Below, in pieces: positions 22,558-34,700 of a stretch of 64,000 nucleotides of DNA. Both the position numbers and the translations under genes were made by a program. The DNA is taken from positions 4,526,001-4,590,000 of the forward strand of contig JBHGNT010000015.1 in the NCBI GenBank assembly GCA_043228905.1, written 5' to 3'. This DNA comes from Azolla caroliniana (taxonomy: Eukaryota; Plantae; Polypodiophyta). The first letter of the stretch is position 1. Each line of letters starts with the position of its first letter. Under the pieces are notes generated by a model. That model was not told the origin of the DNA, made no database searches, and saw only the letters and a list, made by a program, of their open reading frames with translations.

Positions 22558-23930
22558 CAGGAACCCATATATCCGAGATGAATTTGGTAAATTAATTGGA
22601 TCAAGTAAGGGGATGTCATGGGGAACCTTTGTAGAAGGTTCAACAAAGAGTATAGAATGTTAGAGGTGGTTTATGTCACTACCACTACAAGATCAAGCCA
22701 ACATGCTGCATGGAATCAAGGGAAGATGGACAGTGAGATCTGAAATTATGAATGCTCTGTTGCTTTGGGAAGCTACTAGTCCAAGGACGGCAATGGCGAA
22801 GTGGATAAGCAATGAGGAGGGTTCTCTGATTCCAAGAGGAAGGGAAACACTGGATAGGATCCAAATCCACGAGCTGCAAGACAATGAGGAACCAACAACA
22901 GTGAACATGACAATTCGAGTGCTCGTGTATACAGTTCGTAAGTGGATTTTAGATTTTGATATGATCAAAGTACAACCAAAATGGTGTAACATATATGCTC
23001 ATGAAAACACATGGCTATGTAAGGACAGCTGGGACCTTTTGCAATGGACGTGGCACAATCCTTATGCGGGCCAAGCAAGCAAAGTCATCCCCTTCTTCCA
23101 ATTCATGGCCAAATGGGGTTGCCACATCCTAGATACATAAACCGACAGAGAACCAGCTGTTGCAAAGATATGGCACACATATCATGTTCCCCATACAACG
23201 ATTACCAAGTTTTGACAGCAATTATGGAAACAACAAGAAGTTAGGTGAATTACCATGTTTCAATGGCTATTAATACATACGTCACTACCAGTTGGAGCTA
23301 TCAGTTGGAGCATGGGATCCTTAGCTCTCCTATTTGCATAGCATGCCCCAATGCAATAGAATCAATCTGACACGCTCTGTGGGACTGCCTAGAGTCCCAT
23401 CAAATATGGCGGGGGTTGACTGACTATTGCAATTATGCCTTGTTCAAGTCAAATTTAAGTGGGGGAATGTATGTTGGTTATCATGGTAGACCCCAATTGA
23501 CAGATACGAACATCAAGAGGAGGGGACGACATTGGTATTAAGGGCACAAGAGATATTGTTTTCCACCACCAACAATATCTACTCAACTCCCATTAAGGCC
23601 AAAGCTCGAGCCATGTTGGAATTGGTCAACCCAAATAACACTATGGATTCTCTGGGAACAATGTTGTAGCAGGTTTTCTCTAATCAAACCATGCATCATG
23701 CGAATCATGTTATTGCAAGAGATATGGTGTGAAGTTGTGGCCACGCTAAAGAGCCAATACGATGGCATCACGGGCGGATCCAATGGAGCCGAAAGACAAC
23801 AATTAGACTTTATCCAGCAACAGTCGTCTTGTCCCTTTCTTGAGTTAGTGGGCCTCCACATAAGATGGAACTATTGCATCTCTACTAGGATTTGTATATA
23901 ACATTCTCAATTGTAAATATTTTATAACTA
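22558..23930 (+). mobile_element. Degenerate L1-type LINE 3' portion
   Basis: Trp-rich ORF2 C-terminal remnants with zf-RVT motif (CIACPNAIESI*HALWDC); clearly homologous to 36130-36890. Confidence 0.75.
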
Positions 23931-25234
23931 AAGGAAGGATATTTGTATATAACATTCTCAAAATAGACTAGCCAAATGTAAGAACATCAAATCTTCTTGA
24001 ATTATCAACTTGAGAAGAGTTTTGAAATGCAACTTAGATGGGGGAATATCATAATGCTAGTGAAATGTAAGTAGATTACTCATACATGTTTTGTAGTGGT
24101 TTTTGCTCCTCGTGATGACATGAAGGATCACATATTTCATTTACATAATTTCAGTAGATATATTTATAATGCATGATTTATTTATTTATTTATTCCAAAA
24201 ATAATGCATGATTTTTGGCTCATAACTAATGGTAAGTAAAAGCATGAAAATATCATGGTTTACTGGTGTATTAAAATAATGATGTGGAACTACTCATTCG
24301 CTATGGATCACAACATCCTATTTCCTTGATCTAGAATAATGACGTTAAAGGGTACAAGTCTTGAATTTTCTTTTTACAAACGACCATGATGTATACATAA
24401 AACAATAAGAAAATGTCAAAATAACATTTGCAATTGTTGTTTAATATGAGGTAACACATGCTCAATGAGTAGCTTCTTGAAGGCATTTTCCATATATTCT
24501 CTACTAATATTTAAAATTAACTACTAATGATAGAGATTGCACACAAACTAATGCATCTCTAAATTGATAGACTCACGTTCATCAAGGGGGTCACCTTATA
24601 AATATTTAGTTATTTCCAATGCCGACACATTTTTTAACACAGGTTGTTATATATACTAGTCAAAAACACCAAGAACGTTTATAGATGTCCTGGAGTATTA
24701 TTTAGAGCTTCTTTAACTTCTTTTTTTAAAGATTCACCTTGGTATTAATGGAAATATGCATAAAGGCTACAAAGAACTCATGCATGAAAACACAACCACC
24801 ATATCCACATCAACCAACATGATTAAAAATGTGATAGTTGTGGTTTTCACATTGAATCTGTTCACCATGTCCTATTGCTAGAGCGTTTGGAAAAGAGTGT
24901 TGATAATTTTGTATCTTGTTTATGGTAAAGAGTTGCTTTAACATTGTGTGATACCAATATGCATAAAGAACTAGGAGACTAACTATTTATATCATAGACA
25001 ATTATTTAGATCTAACAAACTATTTGTTGATAGACAATTTTGTAGATAAATTAACATTGACTAGTATGTTAAACTCTAACTATAAAAAATATTTCATGTA
25101 GAGCTTCCGAACTCACAAAAACTTGAGAGGTTTAATATAATTAAGCTAATCCATAGGATTTTGGGTTAAGTCCTACAAAAAGTTGTAACGTTTAATATTA
25201 TTATGCTATCCATCGGATTTTGGGTTGGTCGAGC

Positions 25235-25790
25235 ACCAACCAATAAAGGTGGGGCAAAACTTTAGAGGGTACATTTGAGTCACAACTTCCACACTATAAA
25301 ATCTATTTATCTTATATTTTGTAAATATTGTAAACATATTCAGTGAAAAAAATTTGTAGTTCAATCTATGAAGAAAGTTCAAAATATCTCCAAATATGAC
25401 ATCAAAACATGTAATTCAACAACAAAATGTGATTTGTAGTGCTCGAAGTTCATTATAAGGCACTATAGTACAAACATACATTGACAACAAGAAGTCTGTG
25501 TTTTTAATTATTACCAACCAATAAAGGTGGGGCAAAACTTTAGAGGGTACATTTGAGTCACAACTTCCACACTATAAAATCTATTTATCTTATATTTTGT
25601 AAATATTGTAAACATATTCAGTGAAAAAAATTTGTAGTTCAATCTATGAAGAAAGTTCAAAATATCTCCGAATATGACATCAAAACATGTAATTCAACAA
25701 CAAAATGTGATTTGTAGTGCTCGAAGTTCATTATTAGGCACTATAGTACAAACAAACATTGACAACAAGAAGTCTGTGTTTTTAATTATT
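25235..25790. repeat. 278-bp direct tandem duplication
   Basis: Units 25235-25512 and 25513-25790, about 3 mismatches seen, ACCA microhomology at the junctions. Confidence 0.95.
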
Positions 25791-26149
25791 ACCACTTCAT
25801 GTATTTGTACACTATGTACACATGAGGTTAAGAGACATAGAGAAGACAAATGGAAAGGGTAGGGTGGGGGTCAAGGTGTACCAACTAAAGAATTTAGATC
25901 ATGCATGCAAGTGATGTGTGTGCATATATATATAGAGTTAGTCAACGATTATTTCATGCACAACATAGAGGAAGTGTAATGCACCCCTCGGAATCCAACA
26001 ATAGGTTCGGTCGTGAGATAGCCATAGTGGGAAGTAGAGGTCTACTATACGATTCTAATGTCGTTGCACTCCATTGTTTTTCAAGACTTTTGATACGGGT
26101 AAAACGAGATAGCCATCGATATGGGCCTTTTGATTCTCTCTTAATCCTG

Positions 26150-26231
26150 AAAGGGCCATTGACTCAACACGTTCGAACGCCTCCGACCTTCCTTAAAGGG
26201 CCATTGACTCAACAGGTTCGACCTCCTCCGA
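26150..26231 (+). promoter_or_regulatory. Duplicated ~37-bp motif upstream of the F-box gene
   Basis: aaagggccattgactcaaca(c/g)gttcga..cctccga twice, 45 bp apart, containing GGGCC and TGACTCA cores. Regulatory role is inferred. Confidence 0.4.
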
Positions 26232-26469
26232 TGCGTCAAGACCGTGTGCGTGTACACACCTATCTATTTCAATAGTCCCCATTCATGTTTTTAGGGCCTA
26301 AATTTTAGCACTTTCCAATAACTTGTAAGACAAGGAAAGTTTCTCATGCAATTGGACACACACACACACATACATATATAGATAATGGCCATAGAATTTA
26401 ATCTCCTTCTTCTTTCCTTATGAACTAAAATTTGATCATTCTTTTGGGCAAGGCATCAATCAACATAAA

Positions 26470-27771
26470 ATGTCCACCCACAATCCTTTACCATCATCTC
26501 TAATGGACACCTTACCTCAGCCCTTGTTGGAGCTAGCCTTGTCCTGCCTCCCTGACATGCGCTCCCTCCTCTCTGCCTCCTCCACCTGCAAATCCTTCCA
26601 CTCCCTCATCTCCTCCCCAGAATTCCTCCGCCTCCATTCCCGCCACTCGCCCGCAGCCGCCCGCCGATCCCCGTGGCTCTTCGTCTTCGGCATAAACCGC
26701 TTCCTCCCTTCCCAAAAGAACCAATCCTTCGCCTTCGATCCTGTCTCCTTCTCGTGGTTCCGCCTCCATCCGATCGATCTCGATCCCCCTCTTCCCCATC
26801 GATTGAACTGCACGTCCCTCGGCTCATCCGGCAATGGCGCCCTCTTCGCATTTGCCGGAGCCGATCAAGACCACCTCTGCATCGCGGCATCTCCATTAAA
26901 GCAAGATTGGAGGGAGGTGGAGGTACCCATGGAGGTCCCGCGGACCGTGGCATCTCTTGTGGCTGTGGTCGGGGGCAACATCGTGGTGGCCGGTGGCGGG
27001 GAGGAAGCCGGAGAGGAGATGGAGGTGGAGGTTTATGAAGAAAAGGAGAGCAGGTGGCGGCGATGCGAGCCGATGCCTGCCGTGATGCGGGATTCCTCCG
27101 GCAGCCTCTCGGTGGCGGTGGTGCCGGATCCCGAGAGGCGGATGTATGTCACGGATTGCCACTCGGGGAATGTGTGCTGGATGGATGTGGATGAAGGCAG
27201 GTGGGAATGTGCTGAGATGGAGAGGCCGGTCGGGACCCGGTGGTGGTGCTTGGTGGCATTGGGTGGTGATATCACCATGTCGGGCTTGGGCTCATGCGGA
27301 ATGAGACGGCCCACGCATCTAGTTGCCGTCGTGCTTTTGGCCGGAGAGGTGATGAAGGTCCTCAATGTCGACAAGGACACGATGCGCGTGGATGCGGAGT
27401 TGGGCACGATGCCGCCCGAGCTCTTCGATGTACTTGTGGGCCGATGCCCCGTCATTAACCCTAATTCCAACCCTAATTCCGAGCACGCCTCAGGCATTCT
27501 AGACGATAATGTCGACCCTAATGATGATGAAGAGATAGCAAAGCTTGTCTCGGTCCATTGTACCGGTAGCGCCGACCTTATCTACATATTCTCGACGTCC
27601 AAACTATTGGTCGATGACCATGGACCGGCCGTTGTAATGTGCAAGGTGAGTCCTTCGGGGGATTGCTCGTGGTTGCGCCCTCCGGGTCTTCCGGGTAGAG
27701 TCAACCGGTTCGATCAAATCATATGCACATCCTCCCATGTTTCCTTGTCATCTTGCCTCACAATGCCTTGA
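26470..27771 (+). CDS. F-box/kelch-type protein (resembles the At3g24760 group), single exon, 433 aa
   Basis: N-terminal F-box (LPQPLLELALSCLPDMRSLLSASSTCKSFHSLISSPEF), PWLFVFG...QSFAFDP motif, kelch-like IVVAGG...VEVY...W..CEPMP; intact GC-rich ORF. Confidence 0.92.
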   Translation: MSTHNPLPSSLMDTLPQPLLELALSCLPDMRSLLSASSTCKSFHSLISSPEFLRLHSRHSPAAARRSPWLFVFGINRFLPSQKNQSFAFDPVSFSWFRLHPIDLDPPLPHRLNCTSLGSSGNGALFAFAGADQDHLCIAASPLKQDWREVEVPMEVPRTVASLVAVVGGNIVVAGGGEEAGEEMEVEVYEEKESRWRRCEPMPAVMRDSSGSLSVAVVPDPERRMYVTDCHSGNVCWMDVDEGRWECAEMERPVGTRWWCLVALGGDITMSGLGSCGMRRPTHLVAVVLLAGEVMKVLNVDKDTMRVDAELGTMPPELFDVLVGRCPVINPNSNPNSEHASGILDDNVDPNDDEEIAKLVSVHCTGSADLIYIFSTSKLLVDDHGPAVVMCKVSPSGDCSWLRPPGLPGRVNRFDQIICTSSHVSLSSCLTMP

Positions 27772-28311
27772 CCTCTCCTCCTACATTTTTGTTTTAATGA
27801 ATGACTTTCTATGACCCCACTAGGCCCTCACTCGTTTATAATATATATACATAGATACAAATATTTATAGAGAGAGAGTTATTCACAAAGAATGTATATC
27901 TTATGTTTATTCTCATTGGCCTCACTAAGCCTTGAATTCTTTACAAGGTGTGGGAAAGTACACTTTCCACAAATTCTCACATAGTTAGGCACATAATTTC
28001 TATGTTGCATTATTATGTCCCTTGTCCATAGAAACTTGTCTCGAGTGTCTAGTTGTACTATCTAATCTTCTCGGATTTGCCTAAATATACCTATCGTCTT
28101 TGTCGAAAGACAACAAAATAATGTGTGGATTAAAACTCAATCCAATTGTAATAATTCTCATCACAAAAATGATATGTGGCTCAAATTTTCGAACAATTTA
28201 TAATAATTGGATGGTATATAAACACTCTTGAATTGTGATCATATGATATGGCTTGGATGACGATCATATGATACACCATGTGATGGTGGCTTGACTTTCA
28301 TAATAATGATA

Positions 28312-28408
28312 CGTCTTCCCATGACTTTTCTTACCATGATATGTACATATCAATGACATTGTCTTCCCATGACTTTTCTTACCATGATATGTACATATCA
28401 ATGACATT
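28312..28408. repeat. ~48-bp tandem duplication
   Basis: gtcttcccatgacttttcttaccatgatatgtacatatcaatgacatt twice. Confidence 0.85.
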
Positions 28409-29753
28409 TTCTAGTGGCTCGCCTTGAGTGTAATGTCTTGGTAAAGACTTTTTGTGTGATGTGTCCCCACTCAACATTAAGCACATTACAAAAGCACTTG
28501 AAAACATATATCCTATGATTAGAGAGCAATTCAATATGAAATATATGTAAAAGTAGTACAAAGTTGATATATAAGCCATAATATTTTTCCAAATGCTGTA
28601 ATAATTTTAATAATATGGTTGCACTTAAAAAGTTCTTTTGGGTACTTGTAGATGGTTTCTCATTGCTCTTTATTGTCAATAAGAATGCCAAGTTGTTTCA
28701 ACTTTTTGGAGGGTTTCTCAATGCACTTTAGTATCAAGGTCTAGGATGGCAATTTAAAATTCATATTCATTAGTAAATTAGTTGATTGTCTTGGAAAAGC
28801 GATAGCCCAAACGCCCCAATCATGTTCATATTGCATGAAGTTTTTTATTATTTTATCTTGCGCAAATGAACAATAGTACATCTAGAAAATCAGGAATGAT
28901 ACAAATATAGGTATCACTCATTTTCTAATGGTAATCCTTAAGCACATTCGTTGGATAAGATTCTAATAGTACTTGTTCTTAATCCATGTTGGCAACAAAT
29001 GGAAAAGAGTCTAAACCTATATCCCACATCTAGAACACATTTCATCTTTTCTAACTTTGTTGGCCATCTTGCAAGTTCATAAACCATTGTTGAACAAATT
29101 CAACCATGTGAACACTCATAATAATTTTTATGGGCGTATTGAATTCTAAATTTTTTTGAATGTATAAATTTCATAAATGAGTTGACCAACATGTATTCCA
29201 AATCTTGTTAAATTGAAATGAGGCCTTAATGTGAGAGAATTGCCTCTTGGAACAATACCATACATAGGCTTTAGGGGCAAGACATCTATAACCTAGATAA
29301 AGGATTTTTATCTTCCAGATCATAGCATTGCAACTCCACATATCTCCCCAAGTCTGGAGACCTATAAGATTAAGTTTATAATGATATACCTTCCAATGGT
29401 GATTAGTCAACTTCGAGTAGTAAGAAAAGAAATAGAGTTTTTGTGCTAAATACTCTTCCCTTAATGTACTTTGACACATTGATATACTACCTAGATGGAC
29501 TCCAACCTTCCCATATATGCTTGACAATACTTTATTCGTAGAGAACATTTATGGTGCTTTGCTAGAAAGCAATGCAATTAGAGGTCAACTTTGGAAACTA
29601 TATTGATCTACTAGAGGACTTAGAACTCTCAAGATCCCCATAGCAACTAATTGGGATGAAGTGATGTATGGACATCAAGGATTCATTGACCCTCCTTGAA
29701 TGGAAGTGGCAATATCTTGTCTCCAAAGTCCTATATCACATTATAGTTAATTC

Positions 29754-30682
29754 TGACAAGAACACATGCTGCAGATGAACAACGCTCCGCCACAACTGAG
29801 CCTAGGATAAAACACAGAAAAACGGGTAATGAACGCACGACACAGTGAAGAGAAGATTACACAGGATGTTAACGTGGAAAACCCAAACTAGGGAAAAACC
29901 ACGGCAGCCCACAGGACTGCAAACTATCACTATATCAGAATGTACAATAGTAAAGCACCGAAGCAACGACCTCAAGCTTGCTATCTTCGCCACAGGCGGC
30001 GGTTACAACAGAGGCAACGACCTCTTCCTCTCTCTCACTCTCTCTGTACACAGTTACGTGCTCTAATCTTGCACCAACAAGAATGACAACACACTAAACT
30101 AAAGTTTGCCCTAAGTCATATTTATACTAATATGACTTTTCGGCTATTTATAAATATAGCCCCGATGGACTCTCAGAGACATATTTACGAATATGTCCCT
30201 TCATCCGGTGAGGAGTGCTCACCGGATGAAGGGACATATAATCGTAAATATGTTTCTGAGAGTCCATCAGGCTATATTTGTAAATAGCCGAAAAGTCATA
30301 TTAGTATAAATATGACTTAGGGCAAACTTAGTATATGTGTTGTTGTCATTCTTGTTGGCGCAAGATTAGAGCGCAATAGTGTACACAGAGAGAGAGAGAG
30401 AGAGAGAGACGAAGAGTTCGTATCTCTGTTGTAACCGCCGCCTGTGGCGAAGACAGTGAACAAGAGGTCATTGCCTCTGTGTTCATCTATTGTATATTGT
30501 TACATAGTGATAGTTAGCAGTCAGTGGACTGCCATGATTTTTTCCCGTGTTTGGGTTTTCCACGTAAACATCCTGTGTACTCTTCTCTCCATTGTGTCGT
30601 GCATTCATTCCCGTTTTCTGTGTTTGATTCTAAGCTTGGTTGTGGCCGAGCGTTGTTCATCGGGAGCGTGTAGTTCCTGTCA
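29754..30682. repeat. ~930-bp palindrome of two inverted family-E LTR halves
   Basis: Left arm matches 5304-5762 directly and right arm matches it inverted; centre ccggtgag-gagtg-ctcaccgg 30205-30225; no TSD. Confidence 0.92.
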
Positions 30683-31320
30683 CACTTCACTTGCCTTTTG
30701 GAATTGACCACATTCCACCAATGTGTTTCTACTCTTACTTTACCAAACTTGATGCCAATTCTCTCAATAAAGAAAATCACCATTTCGACCCATGGTTGTG
30801 TGTTTGCAAACATAGAAATGAGTAATGAAAACCTCTGAGCTACCATATGCTCATATACATTCAATAACGTTGCTCCCCCAAGCCGTTTTGGAGTACAAAT
30901 ATGATCCCATGCCAACCAAGAAATGCCATGTTTTCCTTTTTTCTCCCATAATAATGAACGCATGGATTGGGTAACCTTTTCAACAGCCTTCTTAGACCAT
31001 GGCAACAATGGAAGATAATAAGAAACCATGGGTATCATAATGGATTGCACAACTTTAACCCTTATATGAAAAGGCCATGACTGAGATCTCCAATAGATGA
31101 ACTTATTTTCAATCTTTCTCGATACCCAATCAACTAGTTTAACATGTGAAACTTCTACTCCAATAGGGTAACCCAAGTGTCGAAAAATTTCCCCACGATT
31201 AACAATCTTTCCTGACCAGCCAAGCTCCAATATATTTTGCTCAATACATGAAATAAGAACTGATTTATGCATATTAATCTTTAATCCTGATGCAAGAGAA
31301 AACAATTCCCAAACCTTTGT
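30683..31320 (-). mobile_element. L1-type LINE ORF2 fragment
   Basis: FSLASGLKINMHKS, FRHLGYPIG, WDHICTPKRLGG; related to the LINE at 40.5-48 kb. Confidence 0.85.
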
Positions 31321-31734
31321 AGCCTTTCCTTCTCGTTATTATTCTTACTTTTCAAACTTCCCAAAGTATTCGTTCTACAACTTACCTCTAATAACAACTT
31401 GAGATGTTATTCCCTAAATAATTCTCTACTCTTGTTTGTGGTGTCATATCATACTCGTTGTTAACAAAAGGATATTATTTTTGTAGTTATTATCCCTTTA
31501 TTATAGAAACAATCAAGGCTTTATTATGGCGATGAGTTGTTATAGTTTCAAAATAGAAATGCTTCCCTTGAAAGTATTTTTGTGGCTTCATATTTTGTGA
31601 TACTTCCTTTAACATGAGGTTAGAGGTGCTTTGTTTGAACATGATTTCAAGGTATCATATATTGTGATACTTTTTGTCAAATTCGATAATATTTTCATGG
31701 TGTAAAACTTCCTAATACTCCCTTTAAATAAAGG

Positions 31735-34700
31735 TTGGAAACATTAATGGTTTTTAAAAATGAAAGGAATATATATGCGGAGGATATTTTAGAGATCTTG
31801 GAGGCGGTCACCTCTCACTATCATGAGTTGCTTTCGAATAGTTATAGTATCCCCAAACAACCTACTATGATAGATTATGTGCTAGAGGGAATGCAACACA
31901 AATTTTCAAATGCGGCACAAGCTAATCTGGCGAGGCCTCTTTTGGAGAAGGAGGTGGTTGATGCTTTGGCAAGTATTTGCAGGACATCCTGTCCAGGATC
32001 CGATGGACTATCAAGAGATTTTTTTGAAAATTTTTGGGACGTGATCAAGCCAGATTTGGTTGATGGGTCAAAAGAGGCATGGGATGTTGGGTACTTACCT
32101 GAGCAATTTCAAGAGAGGATGATATTTCTAATTCCTAAGGTATAAGGTGTAACAACTTATGCAAGGAAATGGAGACCGATCAGGTTTCTCAACACAATAT
32201 ATAAGATATTTGCCAATATACTAGCCAAGAGGGTAAAACCCTACCTACAGGAACTAATCCATGTTGGACAAACAGGGTTCATGGAAAACAGATGCATAAT
32301 TGATAATGTGTTGACATTTTGGGAGGCGATTGCCTTGGCAAAGAAAACCAATTAGCACATTGCATGTCTCATGTAGGGATCGGCAACGGTTCGGTTTAGG
32401 CTTAGCCAATTTGGCTTGGATCAGGCCAAACTGGCTAAGCCTAAACCGTTTTGGGGATCTCAAACCTGAACCAAACCAAACCAAACCGGTTCACAAACCG
32501 GTTTAGGCTAAACCGGTTTGGTAAACGGCTTAGAAACCTATTTCCAAACCAATTTGGAAACCTCCCTCTCTCCCTCTCTCTCCCTCCCTCCCTCCCTCCC
32601 TCCCTCTCTCCCTCTCTCAAATGATCCACTATATAGTATACATTGTACAAGCTCTCCCTCCTACTCTCTCTCTCACGTCTATGTGGTCTCGACTCTCCCT
32701 CTCTCTCTCTCTCTCCCCTTATCTGTTGTCTCCCTCCCTCTCTCTCTCTCTCGTCATCTGTCTAGTTCTCCCTCCCTCACACACACACACACTCTCTCTC
32801 TCCCCTTGTCTATTGTCTCCCTCCCTCTCTCTCTCTCTCTCGTCATCTGTCTAGTTCTCCCTCCCTCACACACACACACACTCTCTCTCTCCCCTTGTCT
32901 ATTGTCTCCCTCCCTCTCTCCCTCTCTCCCTCTCTCTCTCTCCTCGTCTGTGTAGTTCTCCCTCACTCCCTCACTCTCTCTCTCTCCCCTCGTCTGTTTA
33001 GTCTCCCTCACTCACTCACTCACTCACACACACACACACACTCTCTCTCTCTCTCTCTTTCTCTCTCTTTCCCCTTGTCTGTTGTCTCCCTCCCTCTCTC
33101 TCTTTCTCCCTCCCTCCCTCTCGCTCTAAAGTTTCTAAACGGCTTAGTCGGCTTAACCGACTTAGCTGGCTTGAGCCGGTTTGATGAGGCTCAAGCCAAG
33201 CCGAGCTAAGCTCAAACCGTTAAGGCAAGTTCAATCCTAAAATGAGCCGCTAAGCCAAACGGTTTAGGCTTGAGCCGAGCCGTTGCCAATCCCTAGTCTC
33301 ATGCTTGACTTTGAGAAGGCATATGACAGAGTTCAGTGGCCTTTTTTAGATAAAGTCATGGAAAGGTTGGGATTACCTTTAAAATGGAGATCGGTTGCGC
33401 TAGCCCTTTACAAAGGAAGTTCGAGTATGGTGTTAGTGGCCACTGGTAGGGCATCGTGGACCATCAATTCCATTACGTAGGTTTATTAGATAGGGGTGCC
33501 TACTAGTCCCCTATCTTTTTTATTTATTACAGAGGCATTATCTTTCTGTTTGAACAGATCAGATGCAGGAATAAGGGGTTTAGTTATTCCACATGCGAGC
33601 AAGGATTTGCTGGACTCTGAGTATGCAGATGACACTATGCTTTACTTGCAAGGTAATGACGCTAATTTAGAGAAGGCTAAAGGAAGGATTTAGTGGTTTT
33701 GCAAAGCGTCAGGGGGGAAAATTAACTGGAACAAAAGTAGAGGATTCTTGGTAAGTTCAAACCCATGATCATTATGGTGTCCTAACCTTGATTTTCAATG
33801 GGTCCCCAATGGCATGGCTGTTAAGTATTTGGGCTTTTTGGTGGGAGTTGAGACACCTAAAAATCAACAGCTTGAGCAAGTCAAAGACGAAATTAGAAAA
33901 AAGCTTCAATTGTGGGCATCAGTAAAGCTCTCCCTTGCTGGTAGGGTTGTGGTGGTGAACCATATTTTGTTGGCCACCATGTGGCATTCGGTGGCATGTT
34001 GGATGTTACACAAAGCCTGCATAAAAAATATTAAGGCAATGGTGAGAGGGTTCCTGTGGTCGGGTAGAGACAATGAGATGGCGTCAGCTAAAGTGGCGTG
34101 GGGTTGTTTAATTAAGACAAAGAATTAGGGAGGTCTTGGACAGGTGGATCCAGTTCACCAAAGTAAGGCTCTACTTGGTAAGCTTTTGGTGTGAAGTCTG
34201 CAACCCATACTAGAATTGTGGAAGGTGCTCCTTAGGAATAGAGCTGACCTTTGGTGTCCCATTAATGGTGGTCCTTGGCAGGCAAATACATGGTGGTTGT
34301 TCAGTCCAACTCTAAAGTTGAAAGAACTGGCTAGCATGGAGGATAGGGTGGTCCGCGCCATAATGAAGGCATGGTCAAGTTTAAGAGAAGGGTTGGTCTT
34401 AATGCAACCAAAAACACTGGATGAACAACTACGACAACCGTTGTTTTGGAATCCTAGGATTAGAAGTGAAGATGGTATGATGCTTGGACAACAAAAGTAC
34501 TTTCCTTGGGGGAGGATGCTAGGGTACAAGATTCGGTCAATACACGATTGGGAGGTCTTTAGCATGAAGAGGTGGGTAGGTCAGGCTATTAGTTGTAGGA
34601 TTACTGGAAGATTACAGAAGGTAACCCAGTTGATACATGGGGTTGTTGATGGATTAGGTAAGTTGACTGTGGAAGAGGCTGTTTGGTCAGGTTGGTTTGT

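Noticed and set aside
26517-27497. Overlapping antisense and alternate-frame ORFs in the F-box gene
   Set aside because: Expected by-product of GC-rich coding sequence.
28400-29750. Possible decayed transposase or gene on the minus strand
   Set aside because: Looks like eroded coding sequence but has no motif I can assign.
32441-33209. Several Leu/Ser- or Arg/Glu-rich ORFs
   Set aside because: Translations of CT/GA microsatellite inside a MITE.
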